A stretch of DNA of 32,000 bases from Verrucomicrobiota bacterium (GTDB taxonomy: Bacteria > Verrucomicrobiota > Verrucomicrobiia > Chthoniobacterales > UBA6821), in assembly GCA_008932965.1 (NCBI GenBank), contig WBXG01000008.1, positions 1 through 32,000 of the forward strand, read 5' to 3'. Numbering within the stretch: the first letter of the stretch is position 1; every line of letters starts with the position of its first letter. The notes beneath the pieces are model-generated. The model did not search any database. It was given only the letters and a program-made list of their open reading frames with translations, and was not told the origin of the DNA. Shown one piece after another: positions 7,433 to 17,190 of this stretch. The translations under genes and the position numbers were made by a program.

Positions 7433-9274
7433 ATGATCGTATCTTCCATGCTTGGTTTCCCCATTTTTCTTTTCTGCTTTTTTTGCTCCACGTTGCTTCA
7501 AGCGTCAACAACTACTCAAAACCTTCAAGCTCTTCAACCTGCTCTTTATGCCGATTTTTTGAATGAAAATGGACAGAGCGATCCGGAGCATTACTATGAG
7601 GCGACTAGCAAGATAGTACGTATGGGTGAGCCAGGAATGTATCACTATTCCATCATGAAATCGTCTGAGGATTCACTTTTTTTTGTCAGTCCTATCTATC
7701 TACCCTTTTTTGTTAACTGGATGTACCACAAGGAGCTCGCAGAGAGAGGTCCTGATTCAACAGATGTAACAATACCGAAGCTTCTTTTAGTAAAAAATTC
7801 GAATTCTACTAATTCGATCGTGGGAGTTTTTGACAAGGAACTCATTACTAGCATCGATGAAGAACTGAAATCCAATCAGTTTACATTCATGATGAAGGAT
7901 ACATCAGTTGACTTAAATCCCATCACGGATGAGACCCCAACGACCTCGTATTCTGATAATATTAAATTACTTTTTTTGGGGCTACTAGTTTTAAGCATAG
8001 AAGGTAACCAGATGTACAACATTCATGTAGAAAAAAAAGCTGCAAAAGAACAACTTCCTCTACTCAGCGAGGAGCAAAAAAGGAGGGAGGAGCTCTTTTT
8101 AAAATTACATTCAGAGTATAGTTATGAGGAAGATCAGCAACACAACATCTCGGCTCTTGAGAGCATGAGAGAACAGGCTAACGATAATGCCAAGAATGCC
8201 TATAAAATTCAAAAAAAACAAACTCTGATCTCTAGTGACCCGGAGAATGACCCTGGACTTCAAGAGAGTAAGAGTCAGCGTGAATACTGGATTTATCAAA
8301 AGAAGAGCTTGGGTTTGAGATTGGAAAAAATAAAATTTTTGAATTTCAATAATTCTTTGGAATCACCTGACACAGAGTTTGAACAGGGTTCAAACCACTC
8401 GCTCACTGATCATGCGCAAGATATGTCGAAATTTATTAGAAATCTTCATATTAAAAATCTTTCTAGCAGAGGAAAAGATTTATTAGATACTCAAGCAAGA
8501 CTTAAGAGTGAGGGGGCTAGTGAGAAAATAAAAATATTATGGTCACAGTTTACCTCAAGAGAGGATGCTGAGATTTTAGAAGAAAAAGCATGGGGGAGAA
8601 TGGCAAAAGCATTTTATCAAGAACAGTCAAAACAGACTAGGAATGCATTATTAGAGGCTGAATTAGAGGCTGAAAAGAAGTTCAAAACATCTCCTCCTAA
8701 TGATAGCTATTTCGACATGTTGATAAAAGCAGCAGAAAATGCCTGGCATGCTTCAAAGGAAGAGTATGAAGCTCATGACAGTAATCAAACTGCGGAAGGA
8801 TTTGACCTTCAATTGATTCATGATTTTTTACAACGTAGAATGGAAGAGTTTCAAATTAAAAAACAGAAACAGGATTTAGTGCCCGAGATTCAAAAGCTTG
8901 TAACCAGGATTCAAGAAATAAAAAATAATCGCACCTTGGAAATGGGAGATTTGGTGGTTGATACCTTGAATAATGCCCAAAAAATGCAAGCAACAATAGA
9001 AACGTTCAATAATACACATTTGGCATTAAGTGATTACCAAGAAAAAATAATGAAGGAATCAAATAAAGAGAAATCTAGTGTTTTTTTATATTCGGCTTTA
9101 AGTGGTTTTAAATGTTATCACTCTCCTGATAGTGAGGATCCATTTGATAATGTCTGGAGAGAAACGGTAGAGTGTTTTCAAGGTAATTATAACTTGCTTC
9201 AATTTTGGTCTAGAAAGCATCCCGAAACAGGTATTCCAAGTCAGAGTAGACAAAATAGAAGAGCAACTTTATAG
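7433..9274 (+). CDS. Secreted, highly charged (K/E/Q-rich) protein of unknown function, 613 aa
   Basis: ATG at 7433. Hydrophobic N-terminal signal-like segment MIVSSMLGFPIFLFCFFCSTLLQAS. The C-terminal ~400 aa are rich in charged residues (EAELEAEKK, QIKKQKQD) and probably helical or coiled-coil. No motif recognised. Markedly AT-rich compared with its neighbours. Confidence 0.75.
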   Translation: MIVSSMLGFPIFLFCFFCSTLLQASTTTQNLQALQPALYADFLNENGQSDPEHYYEATSKIVRMGEPGMYHYSIMKSSEDSLFFVSPIYLPFFVNWMYHKELAERGPDSTDVTIPKLLLVKNSNSTNSIVGVFDKELITSIDEELKSNQFTFMMKDTSVDLNPITDETPTTSYSDNIKLLFLGLLVLSIEGNQMYNIHVEKKAAKEQLPLLSEEQKRREELFLKLHSEYSYEEDQQHNISALESMREQANDNAKNAYKIQKKQTLISSDPENDPGLQESKSQREYWIYQKKSLGLRLEKIKFLNFNNSLESPDTEFEQGSNHSLTDHAQDMSKFIRNLHIKNLSSRGKDLLDTQARLKSEGASEKIKILWSQFTSREDAEILEEKAWGRMAKAFYQEQSKQTRNALLEAELEAEKKFKTSPPNDSYFDMLIKAAENAWHASKEEYEAHDSNQTAEGFDLQLIHDFLQRRMEEFQIKKQKQDLVPEIQKLVTRIQEIKNNRTLEMGDLVVDTLNNAQKMQATIETFNNTHLALSDYQEKIMKESNKEKSSVFLYSALSGFKCYHSPDSEDPFDNVWRETVECFQGNYNLLQFWSRKHPETGIPSQSRQNRRATL

Positions 9275-9337
9275 AAAATCTTAGTTAGATAAGTTCACTG
9301 ATTCCCTCACAAGCCAATATTTTTCCCCATAGTATCA

Positions 9338-11803
9338 ATGTCATCATCATCATCGCGTCGCACTTGGAATGAAGTAATAGGACTGATCCTTATGGGGGGA
9401 GGGGTTTTATTATTGCTTGCCCTTCTCTCCTATGATCCTCGTGATCTCCCCTCATGGCTGTTTTATGCAAAATACTCCTCAACATCACCCGTTCCGCTCA
9501 ATTTTGTAGGGCGTTTCGGTGCTGTGATGGCTGGACTCAGTTTCTTTCTTTTTGGAGGAGCCTCCTTTTTTGCAGCAGTAGCATTGGTTGGAATGGGACT
9601 CTCCTGTTTTTTTGGGGAGGAATCCCCCCTTGGTATTCGTCTTGGATGGTCTCTAGTTTTTGTTTTAAGTTGGGCCTACTTTCTCGATTTCCTCGACCAT
9701 TTTAAGTTTTTTTCGTCTACATGGAAACAGACCTTAGCGATCCCTGGAGCTGGTGGATGGTTTGGCCACGCACTAGGAATTGCAATCGGTAAAAATACCA
9801 TGGGACTTGTCGGTACTATTTTTGTTTTTTTAATCGCAGCATTAACAAGTTTGATTTTAGCCACGGGCTTTCATCCTATTAAAACTACCAAACAGGTTTT
9901 GGTAATAATGACAAAAGCACTTTTTCAATTAGTCCATCATTTTAAAAACCAATTTTTAGTAAAAAAATCCTCTCCCTTAAACACAAGGGAATCTGTTTCA
10001 AATTCTACTAAAAAGACTGTGTCACGTCCTAATAAAAGACCACTCAAGGAGTTCGCCCTTGAAGAATCTCTAGAGGAAGCAAGCAATCCTCCCCCTTCTT
10101 CCAATCTCCCTCTTCCAAAAATTATTGATGCTAGTGTGCCAGCAAAAAAGCCGACCCTTGCTGAGGTGATGAAGGCCCGGCCTAAGCCCTCTTCTGCGAT
10201 GGACTCAGAAACAGGATCGTTATCTCATGTTGCCTTAGAAAACTACACTCTTCCTTCTTTTGATTTACTCGAAACTCATGAAAGCAACGATCGTCAACCT
10301 GCCGACCCGGCAGTTTTACAGTCGGTGCAGCGTGTTTTAATTGATACTCTTGCACAATTTGGTATTGAGGCAGCGCCTGGAGATATTACCAAAGGACCCA
10401 CGATTACTCGTTATGAACTTTACCCAGCAAGCGGTGTTCGCGTGGATCGTATTTCCAATTTGGAACGTGACTTGGCACGTGCCACGAGTGCAGAACGCAT
10501 TAATATTTTAGCTCCTATTCCTGGCAAAGATACCGTAGGTATTGAAATCGCCAATACTACAAAAGTAACGGTGGCTATTCGTGAGCTTTTTGAAAGTAAT
10601 GCTTGGCAAAGTTCGAAAGCAAAACTTCCATTAGCACTTGGTAAAGATGTCTATGGCAATGCAATTATTGCGGATCTAGCCCAGATGCCACATCTTCTCG
10701 TAGCTGGAGCAACGGGAAGTGGCAAGAGCGTTTGTATCAACTCGATTATCACCAGTCTTATTTTTAAGCATACACCAGAGACGCTTCGTTTTATCATGAT
10801 CGATCCGAAGGTTGTGGAGATGCAGATCTACAACAAACTGCCACACTTGGTGACACCTGTAGTAACCGACCCCAAAAAAGTCTTACTTGCACTCCGCTGG
10901 GTCATTGATGAGATGGAATTACGTTATAAGATTTTTGCAAAAACGGGGGTTCGCAATATTAGCGGTTTTAATGCTCGTCCTCAGCCAAATAAGGAAAAAA
11001 AACCGGAGCCTGTTGAGTCTATCCTTGAAGAGGTAAATATCGATCCCTTGCTGGGAGGTGATTTCACTGCTGCCTCCTTGCTCGAAGAGGAGCCACCTAC
11101 TGCAAAAGCAGTTCCGTATCAATCTTCACGTGAAGAGGAAATTATTATCCCAGACTTTATGCCCTTTATCGTAGTTATTGTCGATGAGTTGGCAGATCTC
11201 ATGCAAACGGCTCCTGCAGATGTGGAGTCGGCTATAGCTCGTATTACTCAGATGGCACGTGCTGCAGGCATCCATATGATTGTGGCCACGCAAACTCCAA
11301 GAGCTGATGTGGTGACTGGAATCATCAAGGCTAATATACCCACTCGTATCGCTTTTCAAGTAGCCTCCAAACTCGATAGCCGAGTCATTCTCGACCAAAA
11401 TGGAGCGGATCGTTTGTTAGGACAGGGGGATATGCTCTATTTACCACCAGGAAGTGCTAAGGTCTTGCGTGCTCAAGGAGTGCTTGTTACCGATGAGGAG
11501 ATTGGAAGGGTGGTCGATTTTCTTGGAGCGCAGAGCTCGCCAATCTTTGAACCCTCTATTGCGGCCAAACTCTCTAATGCAACAATGCCTGAGGAAGATA
11601 TCACAGAGGAGGAAGAGGAGCTCGTGACAAAATGCCTGGAGATTATTCGTCAAGAAAAGAAAGCCTCTACATCGATGCTTCAACGTCGCCTTCGCCTCGG
11701 CTACACGCGTGCAGCACGCGTGGTCGATATTTTGGAGCAACGTGGTATTTTAGGACCCAAGGATGGAGCTCGCGATCGTGAAATTTTAATAGATTTGGGG
11801 TAG
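9338..11803 (+). CDS. ftsK: DNA translocase FtsK
   Basis: 821 aa. N-terminal membrane segments and a Pro/Ser-rich linker. Motor domain with Walker A GATGSGKS and Walker B IVVIVDELADLM. C-terminal gamma winged-helix STSMLQRRLRLGYTRAARVVDILEQRGI. Confidence 0.95.
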   Translation: MSSSSSRRTWNEVIGLILMGGGVLLLLALLSYDPRDLPSWLFYAKYSSTSPVPLNFVGRFGAVMAGLSFFLFGGASFFAAVALVGMGLSCFFGEESPLGIRLGWSLVFVLSWAYFLDFLDHFKFFSSTWKQTLAIPGAGGWFGHALGIAIGKNTMGLVGTIFVFLIAALTSLILATGFHPIKTTKQVLVIMTKALFQLVHHFKNQFLVKKSSPLNTRESVSNSTKKTVSRPNKRPLKEFALEESLEEASNPPPSSNLPLPKIIDASVPAKKPTLAEVMKARPKPSSAMDSETGSLSHVALENYTLPSFDLLETHESNDRQPADPAVLQSVQRVLIDTLAQFGIEAAPGDITKGPTITRYELYPASGVRVDRISNLERDLARATSAERINILAPIPGKDTVGIEIANTTKVTVAIRELFESNAWQSSKAKLPLALGKDVYGNAIIADLAQMPHLLVAGATGSGKSVCINSIITSLIFKHTPETLRFIMIDPKVVEMQIYNKLPHLVTPVVTDPKKVLLALRWVIDEMELRYKIFAKTGVRNISGFNARPQPNKEKKPEPVESILEEVNIDPLLGGDFTAASLLEEEPPTAKAVPYQSSREEEIIIPDFMPFIVVIVDELADLMQTAPADVESAIARITQMARAAGIHMIVATQTPRADVVTGIIKANIPTRIAFQVASKLDSRVILDQNGADRLLGQGDMLYLPPGSAKVLRAQGVLVTDEEIGRVVDFLGAQSSPIFEPSIAAKLSNATMPEEDITEEEEELVTKCLEIIRQEKKASTSMLQRRLRLGYTRAARVVDILEQRGILGPKDGARDREILIDLG

Positions 11804-11815
11804 AGGTAGTTTCAT

Positions 11816-12526
11816 TTAGCTCTTTTTTGATGCCGTATAAATAGTGACAATCCCAAAGGTCATTGGGGCAGCAGTGGTATGAAAGAAATCACATTTTTTG
11901 AGTAAAGAGAGCATTTCTTTTCCTGAGGGAAATGCTTCAATGGAGCCTCCCATATATTCATAAGCATTACTATTTCCAGTAACCCACCCAGCAAGGTGTG
12001 GCAAGAGGTGGTGCAAGTAGAAACGGTATAAAGGACGCAAGAGAGAGGAGGTAGGAAGTGAAAAATCGAGGATTAAAAGATGACCGCTAGGTCGTAAAAT
12101 CCGGTGCATTTCTCGCAATCCATCCTCCCAGGAAGCCATGTTGCGAAGACCAAAAGAAATGGTAACGACATCAAAAGATTTTTCTTCGTAGGGGAGGGAG
12201 AGGCCATCAGCTTCTAGGAAGGTGATTGATTTTGCAGTGATCTTTTTTTTGGCTTGTTGAATTTGTGTTAACCGAGCTTGTTCGAGCATCGGAGCACAGA
12301 AATCGACACCAATAATTTCTGCATTAGGTAATTTTTTTCTTAGAGCAAAAGCTAAATCACCATTGCCGGTGGCAACATCAAGAATGTTTTTGGGATTCCA
12401 TTGTTGCACTTGTTGAGCAACACAATGGCGCCACCAAAAATCAAGACCAGCAGATAAAAAATGGTTTGCCATTGCGTAGCGCCTTGCAATTGAGCAAAAG
12501 AGACTTTTAACATATTCGGGATTCAT
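11816..12526 (-). CDS. ubiE: Demethylmenaquinone / ubiquinone biosynthesis C-methyltransferase (UbiE/MenG family)
   Basis: 236 aa. N-terminal F..IA.RY...N..LS.G.D..WR pattern (LFCSIARRYAMANHFLSAGLDFWWRH) and SAM motif ILDVATGNGDLA. Confidence 0.85.
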   Translation of the reverse strand: MNPEYVKSLFCSIARRYAMANHFLSAGLDFWWRHCVAQQVQQWNPKNILDVATGNGDLAFALRKKLPNAEIIGVDFCAPMLEQARLTQIQQAKKKITAKSITFLEADGLSLPYEEKSFDVVTISFGLRNMASWEDGLREMHRILRPSGHLLILDFSLPTSSLLRPLYRFYLHHLLPHLAGWVTGNSNAYEYMGGSIEAFPSGKEMLSLLKKCDFFHTTAAPMTFGIVTIYTASKKS

Positions 12527-12597
12527 GAATCAAAAAACCAGTGATCAAAGAGCTGTTAATAAATATACGAGTTAAATTGAAGGCAAAAACGAAATAC

Positions 12598-12679
12598 TGC
12601 TCACGAGAGGACTCGAACCTCCATGGAATTACCCATACGCTTCTGAGACGTACGCGTCTGCCAATTTCGCCACGTGAGC
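12598..12679 (-). tRNA. tRNA-Leu (anticodon CAG), class II with long variable arm; CCA not encoded
   Basis: Folded by hand on the minus strand. Acceptor stem GCTCACG/CGTGAGC with discriminator A. Anticodon stem TACGT/GCGTA with loop CTCAGAA (anticodon CAG). Variable arm TGGGTAATTCCATG. T arm GGAGG-TTCGAGT-CCTCT. Confidence 0.9.
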
Positions 12680-12865
12680 TCACTTGACTATTTCAATGAT
12701 TCTACTACTGCTTGCAAGAGGCTGATATATACTACATCAGCGCAAGAATTGACACTCTTCCAGAATGACAGAGGGATGTAAATCATCAAAAAAGTTTAAT
12801 AATTTCAATTTTTTTAAAAATTCTACTGGCGCTTTTGCACATCTCGTGGCACATATTTACTACTT

Positions 12866-14170
12866 ATGAAGTCACACAAGAATCTTACATTACTTACATT
12901 CATCATCACGCTTCCTTTTGCAGCTTCACTTCTGCAGGCTCAAATAGCACCAGCACCGATCACTACCGGTGCTCCTTCATCGGCATCATCAGCGACCAGC
13001 ACCTCTGGTAGCACAGCTGAAAAAGCCCTTGCAAAGGCAAAAGAAGCAGTGGCTGCGGCAAAAGAAAAATTAGGAGTTCGTAAGGATAAAGAATCTGATC
13101 AAAAAATATCAGGAGCTTCTTCTACTGTTATCGCGCTTAAAGATCCAGTAGCAGTTGTTGATGGAGCTAAGATCTCTAAAGCCGATCTCGAGAAGGCCTT
13201 TAAGGAAGCTGTGGCCTCGAGTAATATGAATCCTGCAACACTCACTGCAGACCAAAAGATTCAAGGGTATCATCAGATTTTAGATGCTCTCATTATGGAA
13301 AAGCTTGTTGATAAAAAATCTTCAGGAGTAGAAGTTTCTGATGCTGATGTCAGTGCTGAGATTGATAAGATTAAAAAACAATTTCCCACTCCTGATGCCT
13401 TCAATGCTGAACTTAAAAAATCGGGCCAAACCACTGATCTCTTCACGGCCAATCTAAAAAAATCGATGCGTCAAACAAAATGGATGAAAGAACAAATCCA
13501 AGGTAAAGATACCGTAACAGATGCTGATGCTCAGAAATTTTATAATGAAAATATCAAGCAATTTGAAAATCCAGAAATGGTGAAGGCCTCTCATATTCTT
13601 CTCTTAGTTCCACAAGGGGCTTCAGACTCTGTTGTAAAAGCTAAAGAGGCTGCAGCAAAAGCAGCAATTGAGAGGGCGAATAAAGGAGAAGATTTTTCAA
13701 AATTGGCTGCCGAACTTTCTGAAGAACCAGGTGCTAAACAACGTGCTGGTGATCTTGGTTTCTTTAGTAAGAGTCAGATGGTTCCTGAATTTGCCACAGC
13801 AGCCTTCGATCAGAAAGTTGGCTCTGTAAGTGCGACTCCAGTAAAAACAAAATTTGGGTTTCATATCATCAAAGTAACTGAAAAGAAACCTGCAGGAACC
13901 GCTTCTTTTGCAGAAGTCAAACCTAACATTATTGCTTATCTTCAAAACCAGAAACGTCGTGCTGCTTTCAAAGCAGAGATGGAGCAACTGCGTCAGGCTG
14001 CAAAAATTGAAAATTTCCTTCCTGCACCAGCAATCATTACTCCAGCGACCATGAAGCCTTCGTCCCTGCCTGGTAAAGCTCCTGCTTCTTCACCTGCAGT
14101 TACAACAAAAGCCCCTGCAACACCAACTCCTTCTGTAACTAATGCTACTCCCTCACCTGTGAAGAGTTAG
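12866..14170 (+). CDS. Parvulin-type peptidyl-prolyl isomerase (SurA/PrsA-like periplasmic chaperone)
   Basis: 434 aa. Signal peptide MKSHKNLTLLTFIITLPFAASLLQAQ. PpiC/rotamase domain (ASHILLL ... GDLGFFSKSQMVPEFATAAF ... TKFGFHIIKV). Ala/Ser/Thr-rich N-terminal and Pro/Thr/Ser-rich C-terminal low-complexity tails. Confidence 0.85.
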   Translation: MKSHKNLTLLTFIITLPFAASLLQAQIAPAPITTGAPSSASSATSTSGSTAEKALAKAKEAVAAAKEKLGVRKDKESDQKISGASSTVIALKDPVAVVDGAKISKADLEKAFKEAVASSNMNPATLTADQKIQGYHQILDALIMEKLVDKKSSGVEVSDADVSAEIDKIKKQFPTPDAFNAELKKSGQTTDLFTANLKKSMRQTKWMKEQIQGKDTVTDADAQKFYNENIKQFENPEMVKASHILLLVPQGASDSVVKAKEAAAKAAIERANKGEDFSKLAAELSEEPGAKQRAGDLGFFSKSQMVPEFATAAFDQKVGSVSATPVKTKFGFHIIKVTEKKPAGTASFAEVKPNIIAYLQNQKRRAAFKAEMEQLRQAAKIENFLPAPAIITPATMKPSSLPGKAPASSPAVTTKAPATPTPSVTNATPSPVKS

Positions 14171-14202
14171 TTAGGAGCTGCAATTTTGAATTGAATGCAT
14201 CT

Positions 14203-15069
14203 ATGATAGAAAAAGAATTACCTGCTTTGAGGCAATTTCATGCCTCAGTAGGTATTCTTGGACTTGGTATTATCGGAAAGCGGGTTGCAGAGATACTACA
14301 GAATGATAAGACCTTCTCTGTCTTTGTTTGGAACCGTTCTCCACGGTCACTTCCAAATTTCCTGGCCTCTCCTCAAGCAGTTGCAGAATCAGCAGCGATT
14401 CTTCAACTTTTTGTGAGAGATGGAGTCGCCCTACTCGAGGTTCTCGAGCAGCTCTCTCCTGCATTAAATTCGTCTCACCTTGTCTTAAACCATGCAACTG
14501 TAAGTCCACAAGAGACCCTTCAAGCCGCAGCCCTGGTCAATAAAAGAGGTGCTCAATTTTTAGATGCTCCTTTCACTGGAAGCAGGGATGCTGCTGCTGC
14601 TGGAAAATTGGTTTATTACTTGGGTGGCTCATCTGAAGCAATCGAAAAGGTCACGCCACTTCTAAAGCTTTCTTCAAAAGAGATTCTCCCTATGGGGGCC
14701 ATTGGTTCTGCAACTACAGTGAAAATTGCAACTAACATGATCACCGCTGCTCAAGTCAACGCTCTCACAGAGGCCTTAACACTGCTTCAACTCACAAAAA
14801 TCCCTTTGCAATCTTTACATCAAGCGTTGATTCACAATGCTGCCTATTCGCCAGTCATTGCAATGAAATTACCACTGATGTTACAAGGTAATTTTGAACC
14901 TCATTTTTCTACTAAAAATATGTTTAAGGACCTCTCTCTTGCTCTTGATCTTGCTAAAGAGCATAGCGTTGCACTTCCTTTAACAGCCACTACAGCGGCA
15001 GCCCTGGAGAATTTGATCTCTCAAGGTTTAGGGGATCAAGACTTTTCTGCATTAGCCCATTCTCTCTAA
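14203..15069 (+). CDS. NAD(P)-dependent oxidoreductase of the 3-hydroxyisobutyrate / 6-phosphogluconate dehydrogenase-like family
   Basis: Rossmann motif VGILGLGIIGKRV near the N-terminus, DAPFTGSRDAAAAGKLVYYLGG, TVKIATNMI. Start is either ATG 14203 or TTG 14191. Substrate unknown. Confidence 0.75.
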   Translation: MIEKELPALRQFHASVGILGLGIIGKRVAEILQNDKTFSVFVWNRSPRSLPNFLASPQAVAESAAILQLFVRDGVALLEVLEQLSPALNSSHLVLNHATVSPQETLQAAALVNKRGAQFLDAPFTGSRDAAAAGKLVYYLGGSSEAIEKVTPLLKLSSKEILPMGAIGSATTVKIATNMITAAQVNALTEALTLLQLTKIPLQSLHQALIHNAAYSPVIAMKLPLMLQGNFEPHFSTKNMFKDLSLALDLAKEHSVALPLTATTAAALENLISQGLGDQDFSALAHSL

Positions 15070-16205
15070 TGCTCTCAAACAGGAAGGATCCTCTTATTCC
15101 TGCTCTTGGTACTATGAGTGCGTTAGAAAATAAAGCTCTCTTAAAAAAAGCTCGGAGTGAGGGTGGCGCTTTTGCCACCGCTCCCTCTTCGTATCTCCGT
15201 GTGAGTGGAGCAGATCGTCTGCGATATTTAAATGGTCAAATCACAGCCGACCTTCGCAAGCTTTCTTTAGGGCATTCCTTGTCAGCGTGTCTACTGACTC
15301 CCAAAGGTCGTCTTGTAGCACTCCTCAGCATTACAATCGAGGGAGAGGCATTCTTAATTGAGACAGATCCTTTGATGGAAAAGGTCGTTTTAGAGCGTCT
15401 TGAACGCTATCTTGTTGCCGACGATGTCGTCATTGAAGTGATCACTCCTCCTGATACTATCCATTTTTTTGGACCTCTTGCGCATCATCCTGAGATTGAG
15501 AATGCCCCTGGCACTCTGATTTCACGCATCGGTTTTCCCGGAAAGGATCTCACTCAGATCTTTCATACTGATTCTAATGCGTCTTGCAAAAGCCTCATAG
15601 ATACAACCGGCTCGAACTTTTGTTCAAGTGGTATGAAACATATAGCCGTTGTTGAGGATCCTCCCCTTCCTAATCTGCATCAGCCTTTGCAGTCTCCTCA
15701 ACACGATGAGTATGAAATATCCGACCTGGAGACCGCACGATTTTCCTCTTTGCCTTCAATTGGTCCGACAATATTACTTTCTCCCAATCTCGTAGAAATT
15801 CTGCGTATTGAGCAAAAAATTCCACGTTGGGGTTTTGAACTCACAAGTGAGACCTTACCTCCAGAAGCACGACTCGAAGAAAAATGTATCGACTATGAAA
15901 AAGGATGTTACCTTGGCCAAGAGGTTATTTCACGCCTCAAGAGTCTAGGCCATGTCAATCGCCTGCTCTATGGCTTTACTTCCAAAGAGAAAATCCTCCC
16001 TGGTATGGATATTTATATAAAAGAAGACCCATCACAAAGTGTTGGAATCATTACTAGTGCAGCATTGCAAATCGATTCTGGCTCCTTTATTGCTCTTGGC
16101 TATTTGCGACGCGGAAGTGAAAATCGATCTCATTATATTGCTCAAGATCCTAAGTCAGTCCATCAAAGTAATATCATCATTAATAACACTCTCTCCTCTC
16201 AATAA
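15069..16205 (+). CDS. YgfZ/GcvT-like folate-binding protein
   Basis: 378 aa. RVSGADRLRYLNGQITADL and KGCYLGQEVISRL match the conserved YgfZ motifs. The start ATG overlaps the upstream stop (TAATG at 15067-15071). Longer than typical YgfZ because of a low-complexity middle segment. Confidence 0.75.
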   Translation: MLSNRKDPLIPALGTMSALENKALLKKARSEGGAFATAPSSYLRVSGADRLRYLNGQITADLRKLSLGHSLSACLLTPKGRLVALLSITIEGEAFLIETDPLMEKVVLERLERYLVADDVVIEVITPPDTIHFFGPLAHHPEIENAPGTLISRIGFPGKDLTQIFHTDSNASCKSLIDTTGSNFCSSGMKHIAVVEDPPLPNLHQPLQSPQHDEYEISDLETARFSSLPSIGPTILLSPNLVEILRIEQKIPRWGFELTSETLPPEARLEEKCIDYEKGCYLGQEVISRLKSLGHVNRLLYGFTSKEKILPGMDIYIKEDPSQSVGIITSAALQIDSGSFIALGYLRRGSENRSHYIAQDPKSVHQSNIIINNTLSSQ

Positions 16206-16211
16206 AAGAAT

Positions 16212-16811
16212 ATGCGTTTTTTCCCTACTTCTCTTTTTCTAGGTGTGGTTCTTTTTCTAACTGCCTGTGCTACACAACCCATTTCTACATCTTCCTCCCA
16301 AGTAGCAGTGATGCTCGTTCGTATTGGAAATCAAAAAGAGCAACGACGTGTGGTAATCGCCTTTAATGAAAAAGCAGCTCCACAAACAGTCGCAAATTTT
16401 AAACAATTAGTGGCACGCCATTACTATAACGGTCTTCTTTTTTATCGAGCCTTTCCTCACTCGCTTGTACAAACAGGGGATCCTCATACCCGCTACCGTG
16501 AACATGATAATTCTGGCACAGGAGGTCCAGGATATACCATTCCGGCCGAAATTAGGCTCCCTCACATCAAGGGAGCTGTAGCAGCCTCACGGCTACCTGA
16601 CAAAATCAATCCTCTCCGTGCTTCTAATGGGAGTCAGTTTTATATCTGCTTAGAGCCAATGCCACAGCTTGACGGACAATACACAGTCTTTGGACATGTT
16701 ACTGAGGGAATGGATGTTTTGGAATCGATGAGTCTTCTTCCTACCAACAGCAATAATTTTCCTGTAGAAAAAGTTGTTATTACCTCTTTGACATTGGAGA
16801 GCATTCTTTAA
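16212..16811 (+). CDS. Cyclophilin-type peptidyl-prolyl isomerase, lipoprotein
   Basis: 199 aa. Lipobox LFLTA-C. Cyclophilin motifs FYRAFPHSLVQTGDP, GSQFYICL and YTVFGHVTEGMDVL. Confidence 0.88.
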   Translation: MRFFPTSLFLGVVLFLTACATQPISTSSSQVAVMLVRIGNQKEQRRVVIAFNEKAAPQTVANFKQLVARHYYNGLLFYRAFPHSLVQTGDPHTRYREHDNSGTGGPGYTIPAEIRLPHIKGAVAASRLPDKINPLRASNGSQFYICLEPMPQLDGQYTVFGHVTEGMDVLESMSLLPTNSNNFPVEKVVITSLTLESIL

Positions 16812-16834
16812 TAGATTTTTATAAAATTAAAATT

Positions 16835-17170
16835 ATGAGCACGACAATTGGATCAACATCACGACCAACAGGAGGACTGGCCAGTACATCTAATAAACCG
16901 GCGGAAGCTCCCTCAAGCTCCAAAGGATTAAAAACAAATCCTCCTGCAGGAATTTTTGCTAACCGTGTTATTTCTCAGACAAAAAATCTAGGGCCTAAAG
17001 TGCCTGCTAAAAATAATAAATTTCCAGCTTCTGATATAAGGCGTTATGCTCCAGCACCTCCTTTAACAGAAGAGCAAGTGAGAGTAAGGGATTTTGTTCC
17101 TTTTAAAGACCTCCTAGAAGCAACTTTTTTAGATAATCCAGAAGGAACTATTGCAACTGTTTTAGATTAA
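16835..17170 (+). CDS. Hypothetical protein, 111 aa, Pro/Ser-rich and probably disordered
   Basis: ATG ORF 23 nt after the PPIase gene on the same strand. No signal peptide and no recognisable motif. Coding status rests only on ORF length and position. Confidence 0.5.
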   Translation: MSTTIGSTSRPTGGLASTSNKPAEAPSSSKGLKTNPPAGIFANRVISQTKNLGPKVPAKNNKFPASDIRRYAPAPPLTEEQVRVRDFVPFKDLLEATFLDNPEGTIATVLD

Positions 17171-17190
17171 CTTGAGTAACCCATATCTTT

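Noticed and set aside
12680-12865. Imperfect palindrome cttgcaagaggctgat-atatactac-atcagcgcaag and a TTGACA hexamer between the tRNA-Leu and the parvulin gene, considered as promoter or operator
   Set aside because: No acceptable -10 element lies at the correct spacing for either strand, and the sequence is unrelated to the dispersed element. The evidence is too weak to call.
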